Shown: positions 32,137 to 43,592 of the stretch, piece after piece | Layout of the letters: each line of letters starts with the position of its first letter | Numbering within the stretch: position 1 is the stretch's first letter | Assembly (NCBI GenBank): GCA_963755915.1 | Contig: CAVWLP010000003.1 | Location: forward strand, 192,001-256,000 | Source of the DNA: an uncultured Phycisphaerales bacterium | GTDB taxonomy: Bacteria; Planctomycetota; Phycisphaerae; Tepidisphaerales; Tepidisphaeraceae | Reading direction: 5' to 3' | DNA: 64,000 bases | Notes under the pieces: generated by a model | The model's input: only the letters and a program-made list of their open reading frames with translations | What the model was told of the DNA's origin: nothing | Databases searched by the model: none | Program-made: the position numbers and the translations under genes

Positions 32137-33672
32137 GTGGACCACGACCGCACCTCCCCAGCCTGGGTTCCCGCGGCCCTTAGCGCAGCTTTGGCACTGG
32201 GCCTTTATGCGGTCACCCTTGGCGGGACATATATTTACGACGACGCCGTCGTCATCGGGCTGGACCCGCGCGTCAAAGACCCGCATTTGTGGGGCCAATT
32301 CTGGACGCACGACTGGTGGAACAACGGCGCGGTTGACAATCTCTATCGGCCGCTGGTGTCGCAGTCGTTTGGGCTTCAGTGGTGGGTCATGGGGGACCGG
32401 GCGTGGGCATTCCATCTGGTTAATGTTCTGCTTCACGCGGGGGCGTCGGCCCTTGTGGCGGAGTTGGGGCGGCGGTTGGCGGGATGGCGCGTGGGGCTTA
32501 TCGCGGGGCTTCTTTTTGCGGCACATCCCGTGCATAGCGAGGCCGTCGCTTCGATTGTGGGGCGGGCCGAGCTGGCATGCGCCGTGGGAATGTTTGCGGC
32601 GCTGGTGCTGTTCCTAAAGCCGATCGTCACCACGCGGCGGGCGATCGCGATCGGCGCTGTTTCGCTTGTCGCGATGCTGAGCAAAGAGCAGGGACTGCTT
32701 ATGCCGGGATTACTTGCGGCCTTACTTCCGGTGCGGCAGAAATTGTTTCCGGGGCCGCAGACCAAAAAGCAGCGGGAGCCGATTCTCCTGGCGTTTTGCC
32801 TGGTCATCTGGGCGTTCATCGCGCTGTTTTATCTGCGCGAATATGTGCTGCACATGAAGTTCGAGTGGGACCGCAGCTTCCTCGATATCGCGATGCAGCC
32901 GCTGGTGCTTTCGCACGGCATCGACCGCTGGCTGGTTCCGCTGGCGGTTTTGGGGAGATATTTCCTGCTGCTGGTGGCGCCAGTGAAACTGTCCATCGAT
33001 TATAACCTGGCGGTCATCGGGCCGACGATCAGCGCAAGCGATCCGTATCTGATCGTGGGGGCGATTGTGCTGGCGGGTTGGACCGTCGCGACGGTCGTTT
33101 GCATGGTCCGCCGGAATTGGGTGGCGCTTTTTTGCCTGATTGCGATGGCTCTCACTTATTCTGTGGCATCCAATATCGTCATCCTCGCCGCGATCTTCGG
33201 CGAAAGGCTCATGTACCTTCCATCCGCGTTCTTGCTGATTCTCGTGGGAATGGCACTCGCGAGGCTGCCTCGTTTATCGGGGAATCTTGTGCTGGCTGTG
33301 CTGCTTTGCCTCGCGTCTCTTCGCACTTTAACCTACGTCCAGCGGTGGAACGATCGGGATGATTTTTATCGATATTCGCTGCTCCAGCAGCCCCGATCGC
33401 TCAAGCTGCACCTGCTGCTGTCTTTCGCGGACTATGAGGAAAACAAACTGGCGGAGTCCCGGCAGATCATGGAGGATGCCGAGGCGATTTACCCGGACTA
33501 CTGGCAGCTTTGGAAAATGACGGCGCTCATCGACGAAAAGGAAAGCAAGTGGCCCCAGGCGGTGAAGGATTGGAAGCGGGCGTTTGACCTGTATCCTGCC
33601 GGCTCAATGCAGGCGCGGTGGGCGCACGCGATGGACATGGCGGCGAAGCAGCGCCCGGCAACCAAACCTTAG
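32137..33672 (+). CDS. TMTC-like (DUF1736) membrane O-mannosyltransferase with C-terminal TPR
   Basis: YDD, LYRPL, FHLVNVLLH, LFAAHPVHSEAVASIVGRAEL, SKEQG, LSIDY, ERLMYLPS. Confidence 0.85.
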   Translation: MDHDRTSPAWVPAALSAALALGLYAVTLGGTYIYDDAVVIGLDPRVKDPHLWGQFWTHDWWNNGAVDNLYRPLVSQSFGLQWWVMGDRAWAFHLVNVLLHAGASALVAELGRRLAGWRVGLIAGLLFAAHPVHSEAVASIVGRAELACAVGMFAALVLFLKPIVTTRRAIAIGAVSLVAMLSKEQGLLMPGLLAALLPVRQKLFPGPQTKKQREPILLAFCLVIWAFIALFYLREYVLHMKFEWDRSFLDIAMQPLVLSHGIDRWLVPLAVLGRYFLLLVAPVKLSIDYNLAVIGPTISASDPYLIVGAIVLAGWTVATVVCMVRRNWVALFCLIAMALTYSVASNIVILAAIFGERLMYLPSAFLLILVGMALARLPRLSGNLVLAVLLCLASLRTLTYVQRWNDRDDFYRYSLLQQPRSLKLHLLLSFADYEENKLAESRQIMEDAEAIYPDYWQLWKMTALIDEKESKWPQAVKDWKRAFDLYPAGSMQARWAHAMDMAAKQRPATKP

Positions 33673-34583
33673 AGCGAAATCCATCCTGCCCGGCGGTGCA
33701 CGACGAGGTTTCCGGGGAAAATCTGGCGGCTGGGTGTGGCCGCGTCGCTGGCCATTTCGCGAAGGCGATCAAGCGCGTCGCCGCCCAATTCTCCTGCCGC
33801 GGCTCCCTGCGCGATCAGCCATCGCCGGGCTGATTCTCGTCCCAGAACCGCGGGCAATTCCGCGAGCCTGATCGCGGCAAACCGCGGCTCCAGCTTTGGA
33901 GCGGTTGCACGGACCCAGCGGTTAAGTTCCGCGCAGGCGTTTCCCAGGGTGATGATCGGCACATGGAGATCCTGACGCGATTGCAGGAATTGCCGGACGC
34001 GATTGCGGGCGTACCGATCGGACTGATTGCTCGCATCCTCGCGCCAGGTCTGGCCGCGCTGTTTGAGATACTCGCGCAATTCAGTTCGCCGAATCCCGAG
34101 CAGGGGTCGCACCACGGTTATTCCTGCGACGGTTCCCTTCGCCTTCATCCCCGCCAATCCCGCCGGGCCGGAGCCGCGAAGGAGCCGAAACAAAATCGTT
34201 TCCGACTGGTCATCGGCATGATGACCGAGGATGACGCCCATGAGCTTATGACCGAGGACAACGCGGCGGAATAGTTCAAATCGAATCGCGCGGTAACGGG
34301 CGGATGGATTTTTGGGCAGATCGGGCATCTCCGGCTCGAATTGATCGCGGCTGCGGATGGTCGCGGGAATCGAATGATGCTGCGCCAGCTCTGCCACGAA
34401 TGCCGAGTCTGCGGTGCTCTCCGGCCCGCGCGTCTGGTGATCGAGGTGAACGACGTGCAACTCAACCCCTGGCAACTCCTTGAGAAGCAGCAGCAATGCA
34501 ACGCTGTCCGCGCCCCCGCTGACGGCGACGGCCCAGGGGCCGGGCCGCAAAGATTCCGCGATCAAATCAGCGTTAAGCGCCAC
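33669..34583 (-). CDS. tilS: tRNA(Ile)-lysidine synthase
   Basis: AVSGGADSVALL, HLDHQTR, GHHADDQSET, RPLL, WREDASN, RNRVR. Confidence 0.93.
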   Translation of the reverse strand: MALNADLIAESLRPGPWAVAVSGGADSVALLLLLKELPGVELHVVHLDHQTRGPESTADSAFVAELAQHHSIPATIRSRDQFEPEMPDLPKNPSARYRAIRFELFRRVVLGHKLMGVILGHHADDQSETILFRLLRGSGPAGLAGMKAKGTVAGITVVRPLLGIRRTELREYLKQRGQTWREDASNQSDRYARNRVRQFLQSRQDLHVPIITLGNACAELNRWVRATAPKLEPRFAAIRLAELPAVLGRESARRWLIAQGAAAGELGGDALDRLREMASDAATPSRQIFPGNLVVHRRAGWISL

Positions 34584-34600
34584 CGCACCATCTTACAAAC

Positions 34601-34631
34601 AAAAGCCCCCGGGGGTTTCCCGGGGGCTGTT
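34601..34631 (-). terminator. Intrinsic terminator after PEP-CTERM gene 1
   Basis: AGCCCCCGGG-loop-CCCGGGGGCT stem followed by T-run on the minus strand. Confidence 0.7.
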
Positions 34632-34684
34632 CAAGCACTACTTAAAGCACGTGGCGCTTGTGCCCTGCGCCTATGCTTGAGTAA

Positions 34685-35635
34685 CTACTTGGTCTTCTGG
34701 GTGCGGCGTCGATTCAGCAGGGCAAGACCTGCGAGGCCCAACAGCCCGATGCTGGCAGGCTCGGGGACTGCCGTTCCTGAGAGCGTTATATTATCGAAAC
34801 GCCAGTTTCCGGAGTTGTTGTTGTAGTCGCCGCCGGAAGCGGCCCAGTAATCCTGTCCGCCGCTGGTATCCCCAGTCACATACGCCGTGTAATCAGCGTC
34901 ACCCAAGGTTGGGCGCACCGACACCAGTTCGATCGCAAAATTGGGGTCGTTGGTGGCGCCGGCGGGAAGACCGGTCAAGTCGATGGTGATATTCGGCGAG
35001 GAATTGGAATAGAAAATGCTCCCAGCCGAAATCACGTAATCGCTGCCAAGATTCGTCCACGCGATGCTCGGATCCGCGACGCCCGGAGGATTCAGGCCAC
35101 CGGGAGGATTGGCCCCCTCATCACCGGTGTAATTGAAACCGGCACCGGCGGTATCGTCTAGGGTATAGGCCACCTGAAGATTTGCGGGGGCCTGGTTGGT
35201 GGAATACCAATCGAACGAGAAGGAGGTCGGTGCATAGCCGGTGGTTGGGATGGCAAAAGCGGCGCCCTGGGTGTAATTGGGGGCCGAATTGTTCCAGCCA
35301 TTGCCGGGCATACCGCTGGTATTGCTGGTCCCACGAACACGCCAGGTATCTTCGGTGATACTGCTCGCTGTGGTGCTGACAATGTCGTCGCTGGCGTTGG
35401 TCGGAGTGGTTTCTCCACCGGTGTAGGTGTAATTGTTGTTCATGCCAAGCGTAACAGCGCTTGAGGAACTTGCGTTGGTTCCTCCGGTCGCAGCGGGTGA
35501 ATTAACCCCGGGCGATCCCTGGGCCGCGGTCGCGGTAAACGACCATTGGGCGACAATGTCAGCCGAGGCAACTCGGACAGTCATGCCGGCGATTATCGCC
35601 GCCGAAAGAAGCGCGATGCTCTTTTTCGTCTTCAT
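34685..35635 (-). CDS. PEP-CTERM sorting-domain protein (Ser/Thr/Asn/Gly-rich)
   Basis: Signal peptide MKTKKSIALL...ASA; C-terminal VPEPASIGLLGLAGLALLNRRR. Confidence 0.92.
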   Translation of the reverse strand: MKTKKSIALLSAAIIAGMTVRVASADIVAQWSFTATAAQGSPGVNSPAATGGTNASSSSAVTLGMNNNYTYTGGETTPTNASDDIVSTTASSITEDTWRVRGTSNTSGMPGNGWNNSAPNYTQGAAFAIPTTGYAPTSFSFDWYSTNQAPANLQVAYTLDDTAGAGFNYTGDEGANPPGGLNPPGVADPSIAWTNLGSDYVISAGSIFYSNSSPNITIDLTGLPAGATNDPNFAIELVSVRPTLGDADYTAYVTGDTSGGQDYWAASGGDYNNNSGNWRFDNITLSGTAVPEPASIGLLGLAGLALLNRRRTQKTK

Positions 35636-36029
35636 CACAAAAAACTCCCCTCCCCTTTTTTGGGGATTCGTGGACAATCGGATGGGAATACGTATTTCGA
35701 ACCTATCGAAATGAATCGCGCCCAGCCGGTTCAATGCAACGCCGCAAAACGGTATCGCGAAACCGCAATTGATGAAGGCGAAGTTTACGCAGCAACATGA
35801 GCGCCTCATCAATCGGAGGTTTGCGTAACGAAAATGTTTGATGATACGGAAATGAAAAATGAGGCGATTCAAAATCGCGGTTCGCGCAACCAATCAGGCC
35901 TCGTTTCCAGATTTTTACGGCGAAACGTGACTTAAACAAGTCAGTAAAAAACCTGCGGTGGATGGCGATGCCTGGGACTGGGCGAGGGGGAATTGCGGAC
36001 AACCGGAAAAAGAGGCGAGCCTGCAACAA

Positions 36030-36062
36030 ACAAAACGGCCTTCGGCGATGCCGAAGGCCGTT
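36030..36062 (-). terminator. Intrinsic terminator after PEP-CTERM gene 2
   Basis: AACGGCCTTCGGC-GAT-GCCGAAGGCCGTT stem followed by T-rich tail on the minus strand. Confidence 0.7.
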
Positions 36063-36091
36063 CGGTTATTCAATTGTGCCCGGAGAAACGC

Positions 36092-37274
36092 CTAGGCCTT
36101 AACTTGTCGCCGGCGGCTTCGCCGTGCCATCAAGCCAAGCCCGCACGCAAGGAGGCCAATGCTGGCCGGCTCGGGAACGGCGACGGGGGTCGTCTCAACG
36201 CCGAAGAGATCGACGCCGGTCGGCGCATTGTAAAGCACTGTGGGCGTTCCGGAACTGGGGGTGAACGCGCTATCGTAGGCCGCAGTATCGACCACTTCTT
36301 CCAGGGATCCGGGATCGTTGGAGTTGCTCGTCGTGGTGAAATAAAGATCCACACCGCTTGATGTTTCCACGCCGACCAGATCAGCGGCCTTGCCGGTGGT
36401 TCCCGTGGCCGCGGTGATTGCGAACGAACCTTCGGCCGTCAGCGAGGGCGTACCGTTGGAATATGCGACGGCATACTTATAAATCGCGGTTGAATCGGCG
36501 ATGTAGAGCGTGTCATAGGTGCTTCCGTTCAAGCCCGACTGAAGCAGATCGAAGTCGGTGATGTTTCCGGTGTTGATGCCCGAGGGAAGGGTGACGGCAG
36601 TGGTGGTTCCGCCGCTATAGGTAAAAAGCGAATTGGTGTCGCCGGAACCCTGAGCCGAGACGAAGTCAATTCCGCCGAACCCGGCCAGATATCGGGAGTT
36701 GGTGGTGTTTAACTGGCCTGTTGGCCCGTAAATCCCGACCTTGTCTGTAAACAGGTAGTTGGCATTGGTGCCATCGGGCGTATATGCGGAACGAATCTGG
36801 CCGCCGGACGATTCCGTATACGTGGCGGCAGTGGTGAAGGTCCCATCGGCCGTCAGATACGCCGCTTGGCGAATTGGTTGCGCCAATTCGTTCGAAGAAT
36901 TATAACCCTGATAGCCACCGAACGTGACTTCGGTGCCCCCGTCCGACAAGGCCAACTGGCCGTTGCTTCCGTTGCTGTTGCTGTAGAGCGTTGTTCCGGA
37001 AGAAGAACTGCTGTCGCCGGTGAGATTGGTCACGTTCCACGTCTGCGAGATGGTGTTGCTGGTGGTATTGAAATCATCAATCGTAAGGGTTGACCCGCCA
37101 GCGGCATCGGCAACCGTGCTTGTCCCCGATTGATATACGAGCAAATCACTTGCGCCGATAACGGACGCGTTTGACCTTGTGGCCGTAATTCCCGAAACAG
37201 CCAGGGCCGCGATTGGTGCGGTCAAGAGCAGATTCGACGCCTTTGCTTTTCGGCGCTCTTAAGATTGACATCAT
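36092..37274 (-). CDS. PEP-CTERM sorting-domain protein; frameshift in the signal-peptide region
   Basis: C-terminal VPEPASIGLLACGLGLMARRSRRR; GGAGG RBS before the ATG near 37274. Confidence 0.88.
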
Positions 37275-37488
37275 TTTTTCGCCTCCGTGTGCGATGGTTA
37301 TTTTGAGTGTGAAGCGGCCGGCGAGATGCCGATAGAAACGCCTCTCCCCAATTCGGATGCTTAAAATAGGAAGCGGCTGTCGTTTTTAGAGAAGTGTCTC
37401 GCTAAATTCGCGTTAAGATTCGGCTAATACGCAGGCGCCTATAGGTTTGGCACCATTCGGCCTCAGCCGGCGTGTAATATGCCCCGTT

Positions 37489-39600
37489 ATGGCAGATTCC
37501 CCTCTGGCATCTGATCGTTCCTCGACGGCCGTCACGCCAGAGCTGCGCCACTCAGCCCTGCTTGCCGAGGGTGTAAAACATCAAAAAGAAGGACGCCTGA
37601 GGGAGGCCTCCACCTGTTTTCGACTTGTGCTGCGTGAGAATCCCCTTCATCCAGAAGCTCTGCATTCTTTGGGACTTGTGGCCAAAAACCAGGGGAACCC
37701 GGGGCGGGCCAAAAAACTCATCCGCGCCGCGATCGAAACCGGGCAGGGAAACACCGCGGTTTACTGCAACAACCTGGCCAATCTCCTGCGGCAGGACAGC
37801 TCCGATGAGGCACGCCAGCTCTATCTCAAGGCACTACAAATCCATCCGGCATACTGCGACGCCTGGTTAAACCTGGCAAGCTGCGAAGACCTGCGAGGAA
37901 ATGCAGTTAATGCCGTTGAGGCGCTTCAGGCGGGAATCGAAAAATGCCCCGGCGAACTGCCCCTGCTTCAGGCCCTGGCGGCGCCTCCTTCGACTGGAAC
38001 GGTTCTCGGAAGCGCTGCCCGTTCTCAAGCAGCTCATCGAAAGAAAACCGGACGATCCTGAGTTGTGGGTCAAGCTGGGACTCGTCTGGGTGGAGCTGCG
38101 CGACCCCGGCAGAGCAACCAAGGCGCTGCTGCATTCGCTGAAGCTGGACGCGGAAAACTCGGCGGCAAAGCTGCTGCTTTCCAAGGTGCTCGTCGGTTGC
38201 GCGGCCGCCCATGAAGCCGAGTCGCTCCTTATCGAAGCCGCCAAAACTGATGACCGCGCCTTTTCCGTTCTCGGTAATGTTTACAAGGATCTGGGGTATA
38301 TGGACCTGGCTCTGGATTGCTACGCCAGATCCCTGATCCATCACCCCAGTCATCCCGAGCAGAGCAATTTCCTCTATACGCTGCTGTACGACCCGGCTCA
38401 TGATCATCAGGAAGTCGCTGAAGAACATCGAAACTGGGGGCGCACTTATGCCGACCCGCTGCGCCCCGCCAAAATTTCGTTCGATCGCGATCGCGATCCC
38501 AACCGACCGCTGCGGATCGGATACGTCTCGGGCCACTATTGGGACCACGCCGTCAGCTTATTCAGCCTGCCGATGATTCAGGCACACGATCCGGACGCTT
38601 TCCAGCTATATTTGTATTACTCCGAGCGCAACGCGATTGGGCGACGGATGCCTTCCGCGCTCATGCCGCTCGATGGCACGAAATCGAGGAAAAGTCCGAC
38701 GCTGAGGTGGCGCGACTCGTCCAGGATGATCGGATCGATATTCTAGTCGATCTAGCCGGTCACATCGGTGGCAACCGCCTGCTGGTTTTCGCACGCAAGC
38801 CTGCGCCGATTCAGGTAACTTACCTGGGATATCAGGCGACCACGGGCATGGAGGTTATGGACTATCGCTTAACGGATTCGGTGGCCGACCCACCGGGCCA
38901 GACGGACTCGCTCTATATCGAAAAGCTGATCCGGCTGAATCCGAGTTTTTTTGCTTATCGCCCAAGCGACTATGCGCCGCCCGTGGCCCCGCTCCCCGCC
39001 GAAGCATGCGGCCGCATCACGTTTGGATGCCTGAATAACCCGTCAAAGACCGGCCCCTGGTTGGCCAGGGTCTGGGCCGCGATTCTACGATCCGTTCCTG
39101 ATTCCCAACTAATGCTTCTTGGTCCGAGCCGGCAGGACGCCGATCCACGCGTCAGCAATCTTTTCCGCGATGAGGGAATCGACCCGAAGCGAATCCTGAT
39201 CGTGGGCAAGCGATCCAGGTTCGACTATCTGCACGTCTACGACCGCATCGACATCGCCCTCGACCCATTCCCCTTCAGCGGCCACACCACGACCTGCGAT
39301 GCGCTCTGGCAGGGAGTGCCTGTGGTCACGCTGGCGGGGCAGACGTATGCGGGACGCATGAGCGCCAGCACGTTGACGCAGGCAAAGTTTCCGCAGTGGA
39401 TTGCCCAAACACCCCAGGAATATGTGCGGATCGCTGTTGGCCTCGCCGGAGATATTCCGTCACTGGCCAATCTCCGGCGCAATATGCGCGACCATCTTAC
39501 ATCGGCGCCGATTCTCGATGCGAAGGGATTTACGAGAAGCCTGGAAGCGGCGTATCGAAAGATGTGGCAATCCTACGTCGGCCGTGAAATCAGCGTTTGA
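37489..39600 (+). CDS. TPR-containing SPINDLY/GT41-like glycosyltransferase; frameshifts near 37980 and 38625
   Basis: TPRs, RPLRIGYVSG, DILVDLAGH, KPAPIQVTYLGY, DIALDPFPFSGHTTTCDALWQGVP across three frames. Confidence 0.88.
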
Positions 39601-41653
39601 CCTTCAATTTTCGCAGTTGCGCGGCGACCTGCTCGCCGAGCCCCGCCCAGTCCCCCGCCGATTCCTGGCGGAAAATCCGCATTGAGGGATACCAAGGAGA
39701 ATCGTCGCGATCGACCATCCACCGCCAATCGGCCACGTGGGGAAGCATCAGCCAGACCGGCTTGCCCATCGCCCCGGCGAGGTGGGCAACCGCCGTATCG
39801 CAGGCGATGACCAGATCCAAGTTCGCCAGCAGCGCCGCCGTGTCGGCGAAATCGTTCAGCTCGGCCGTCCAATCGGCGATCTGCATTCCCGCCGGCGGCG
39901 TCGCCGCCTGGCGCGCGGCCGGACCTTTCTGAAGGCTGCACAGCCACGTATCCGCGACCGCGCTCAGCGGCGCCAGCGCCTCCAGCGAAAACGAACGGCG
40001 CTGATCGTCCGAGTGCGTCGGATTCCCCCACCAGCAGAGGCCCACCTTCTTTCTCTCATCACGCGGAATCCGCGACTTCCAGCGCTCGACCAATTCCGCG
40101 TCCGGAAAAACATACGGGATGCTTAGCGGGATCGTTTCCACCGTCGTCCCAAGCCGGTAGGGAAGGCTCATCATCGGACACTGCAAATCGAATTGCGGCA
40201 GCTCCTGCGGCTGCGAAAGGATTTCGTCCAGGCATGGCACCGTCTTGAGCAACCGCCGCAGCTCCGGATGGGTGATCAGAATCGTTTTGGCGCCGCGCGG
40301 AAATCACCGGAATGAACCGCGCAAACTGGATCGAATCGCCAAAGCCCTGCTCGCTGTCGATGAGAAATCTCTTGCCCGCGACTTCTTCCCCCTCCCAGAT
40401 TCCCCGCTGGGCGTAGCGCGTCGGCTGGATGAGGTTGCGCGCTTTCCAGCGCGTCTCATATCCCGCCCATCCCTCCGTGAAATTTCCCGTCAGAAGCTGC
40501 ATCATCGCCAGGTTAAATCGCGCCAGATCGAACTGCGGATCGAGCGACAGCGCCTTCTGGAAAAGTTGCATCGCCTGCTTGTTCTGCCCAAGCTGGCGGT
40601 AAATGGCGCCCAGATTGTTGTAGACCGGCGGAATGCGGAATCCGCGCGACTCAGCCGCCTGATATTCCGCGATGGCCTCCTGAAGCCGGCCGCTTTCGAA
40701 ATACGCCGTGGCGAGGTTGTAGCGCACCTCGAGCGAATCCTCGATCTGAAGCGACTTGGCAAACGCTTCGATCGCCCCCTCGCGCAATTTAAGTCCCAGC
40801 ATCACGTTGCCCAGCTCGTTAAAAGCCATCGCAAACCGGCTATCCAGCGCCAGCGCCTGCCGAAGCTCCTGAGCCGATTCTTCAAAACGATTTTGCAGAT
40901 GCAGCGCCCGACCGAGGTTGAAATGCAGCGGCGCGGAATCGGGTCGGGCGACGAGGGCGCGGCGGGTCATGTCGATCGCCTCGTCGGTTTGCCCGCGCTG
41001 GCACAAAAGTCCGCCCAGCGTCGTCATCACCTCCGGATAATCCGGGCGAAGCGCCAGTGCCGTGCGGAACGACGCCACCGCCTCGTCGATGCGATTGAGA
41101 CGCAGCAGCGCGTTGCCCAGGTTGTGGTGCGTGGGCGCGTAGTCGGATCGAATCGCCAGCGCCCGCTGAAGAATCTCGACCGCCTCTTCCTGCCGACCGG
41201 CCTGGGAGAGCGCGCTGCCGAGGTGATCCAGGATCCGGAAATCGCTGGGGCGCGACGCAGCGCCTTCTGCAACGAATCGATCGCTTCCTGAAACCGCTTG
41301 AGCCGCAGTAGCGTCATCCCTTTGTTTTCGTGGGCATCGGCCAGGTCGGGCTGAAGGAGCAGCGCCCGTTCAAAGGCCTCAAGGGCCTGCTGCGAACGTC
41401 CGGCCGTCGCGTGGGCGGCGCCCAGGTTGGAATGAAAGTGCGCCGCCGTTGGATTCAGCGTAATCGCCCGGCGGATGTAATCGACCGCGACATCCGTCTG
41501 CCCCACCTGGCTGGCCAGAAGCCCCGTCAGATGCAGGGCATGGGCATTGTTGGGATCGGCGGCGAGGATTTTTCGGTAGATCGTATCGGCTTCGCGCAGG
41601 CGGCCCGCCTGATGGTGCTGTACCGCGAGGTCCAGCGCCTGCTGAAGGGACAT
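39590..41653 (-). CDS. TPR plus GT9-like glycosyltransferase domain protein; multiple frameshifts
   Basis: TPRs, GW..YE.RW, EQGFGDSIQFARF, PMMSLP, DFADTAALLANLDLVIACDTAVAHLAGAMG, WRW, SPWYPS. Confidence 0.87.
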
Positions 41654-42148
41654 GGTTGTACTGCCGGGTTTTTCCATCGAGCCACTACGCGGGCGAATAC
41701 AATACTGCTGGCCTTGCATCCTTGCACGCCGGGAACATGGGGAACTCAGCCCGGCCCCGTCCGACCGGGAATTTGCTCGGCCAACAGGGATTCAGGGCTG
41801 CAAAATAATTCCGGCTCCATATTTCTTGCAGAAATCCAACCGTTTCGGATCGGCCCAGTCCGACGCAAATCTCCATCTAAAATCAATCATTATAGAAAGT
41901 TAAGACACGTATACCAACATGAATGTAACGACTTGTAATCGCTATAGGGAAAATCCCTATGCCAAAATGAGGGATCGTAATCATGACGAAAACTGCCAGC
42001 CACGGTCTGCTATGTGCGTCGTAATCGGCCTTGGCGAATCCAGCCGCCGTTTTCTTAGCGCGTCCGGGCTCCCAAGGGGGGGCCGGACTCGCGGATAACG
42101 GCGGCTCTTTTTTTTTCCCTCCTCTTATTTCCTCCACCGCCCAACCAA

Positions 42149-43553
42149 TCAATAAGCCCGTTCGAGCTTTGCCTGCGGATATCCGTCCGCCAGGATCTGC
42201 TCGAAATTCTCTCCTGCCGCGGCCTGGGCATCGGCGGTCCACTGGCACATCCCCACGCCGTGGCCAAAGCCATGGCCATCGTAAAACGTCACCTGCGAAG
42301 AACCGGGACTGGCGCTGATCTTGCAAAAACTGCTCGGCAGCGTCGGGCCTTTGCCGGAATCGGTGTTCACCACGGCACGAAGCTGCTCGGCAGGCCAACT
42401 ATATTGTGTGCCGCGCATCGACGACCAGCACGCGGTTGGGGCGACCAAAGCGGTTATAGCTTTGGATCTGGATGGTAAGGACGTCGGCCATGCTTTGCTC
42501 TGCGATCGTGCGGCCAATCTGCTCCCCCGTGCGCTGTGCCCAGATGTGAATCCGCCGGGTGAGCTCCTGCTTGGAAATTGTGATCGGGCCCCAGTTAAAA
42601 TATTTACACCCGCTGGAGAGCGTGCCGTGCGACTGCTCCGCCAGCGGGGGAATATAGGGCTCGCCCGGAAAAGCATCCGACGCGGCCTGGGTGACTCCCC
42701 CGCAGCAACTGCTGAAATAGGAGCGGAAAATCGTGCCGTCGCCGGGTCCGTAGGTCAGCACGATCCCCTGCGTCGAGGCGACAGCCTGACGGCCGCTCGC
42801 CGTCTCTGCGTTCATGCCGCCGTACATCTGGCTGCGCTGATCTCCATAGACATCCCACGGCCTGCCCATGCCGCTTGTATGCGTCTCGTAAAGCGCGTAG
42901 GTCCGCGACGCGACGGCCTGGGCCTTGAGCGCCTCGACCGGCCAATCGGGATACATCTCCTTCGTCACGACGCCCGCAAGATAGTCTTCGACGGCAACAT
43001 TGTTGATGACATTGATTCGCCCCCCCGCCAACGGCACCAGGCGAACCGAGCCGCGATAAGTAATTCCGTCGACCGCAATCGGCCCCCCCGCCGTCGGCTG
43101 AAGGTCCAGCGTGCCGGAGCGAAGCATGAGACGCCCAATGCGCCATCCCTGCGGCGTCAGCGAGATGGGAACCGCCATCCCTCCGGGCAAACTCAGCGCC
43201 ACCGGCTGCGAATCAAGCAAAACCTGCGGACTATCGGCCTGGAAATTAATCAGCGACGCCCCCTGCACGATCAGCACGCGCAACTGCGGTGAATTCACCG
43301 CAATCGGCGCAACTGAGTTGTCTTCGCTACATCCAAAGGGAAGCAGGAGAAGGAGTGCCAGTGCTAAAAACACACCAAGCGGAAAGCCCCTCTTGTCCCC
43401 TCCCCTGGTACTCCGGGGGAGGGTGGGGGTGGGGGCTGGAACGCCAATCAGCGAGGATTTTAGTGCAACAATTCGATTCGAATTTCGAGTTTCGAATTTC
43501 GAGTTTCGCCGCAATGGCGCAACGATCTTCCGAAAAACTCTTCCCGGCATCAT
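42149..43553 (-). CDS. SpoIID/LytB-domain lipoprotein (lytic transglycosylase); frameshift near 42410
   Basis: YRG, EDYLAGVV..EM, EALKAQAVASRTYA, Q.YGG, FSSCCGG, GFGHGVGMCQW; lipobox LPFGC; AAGGAGG RBS. Confidence 0.9.
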
Positions 43554-43592
43554 GGCCTCCTTGCCAAGATTGCGGTCTCTATTTAAGGCGCT

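Noticed and set aside
41720-41805. Possible c-di-AMP or cobalamin riboswitch upstream of the TPR-GT9 gene
   Set aside because: Only a CTGAATCC fragment matches; the other conserved elements could not be found by eye.
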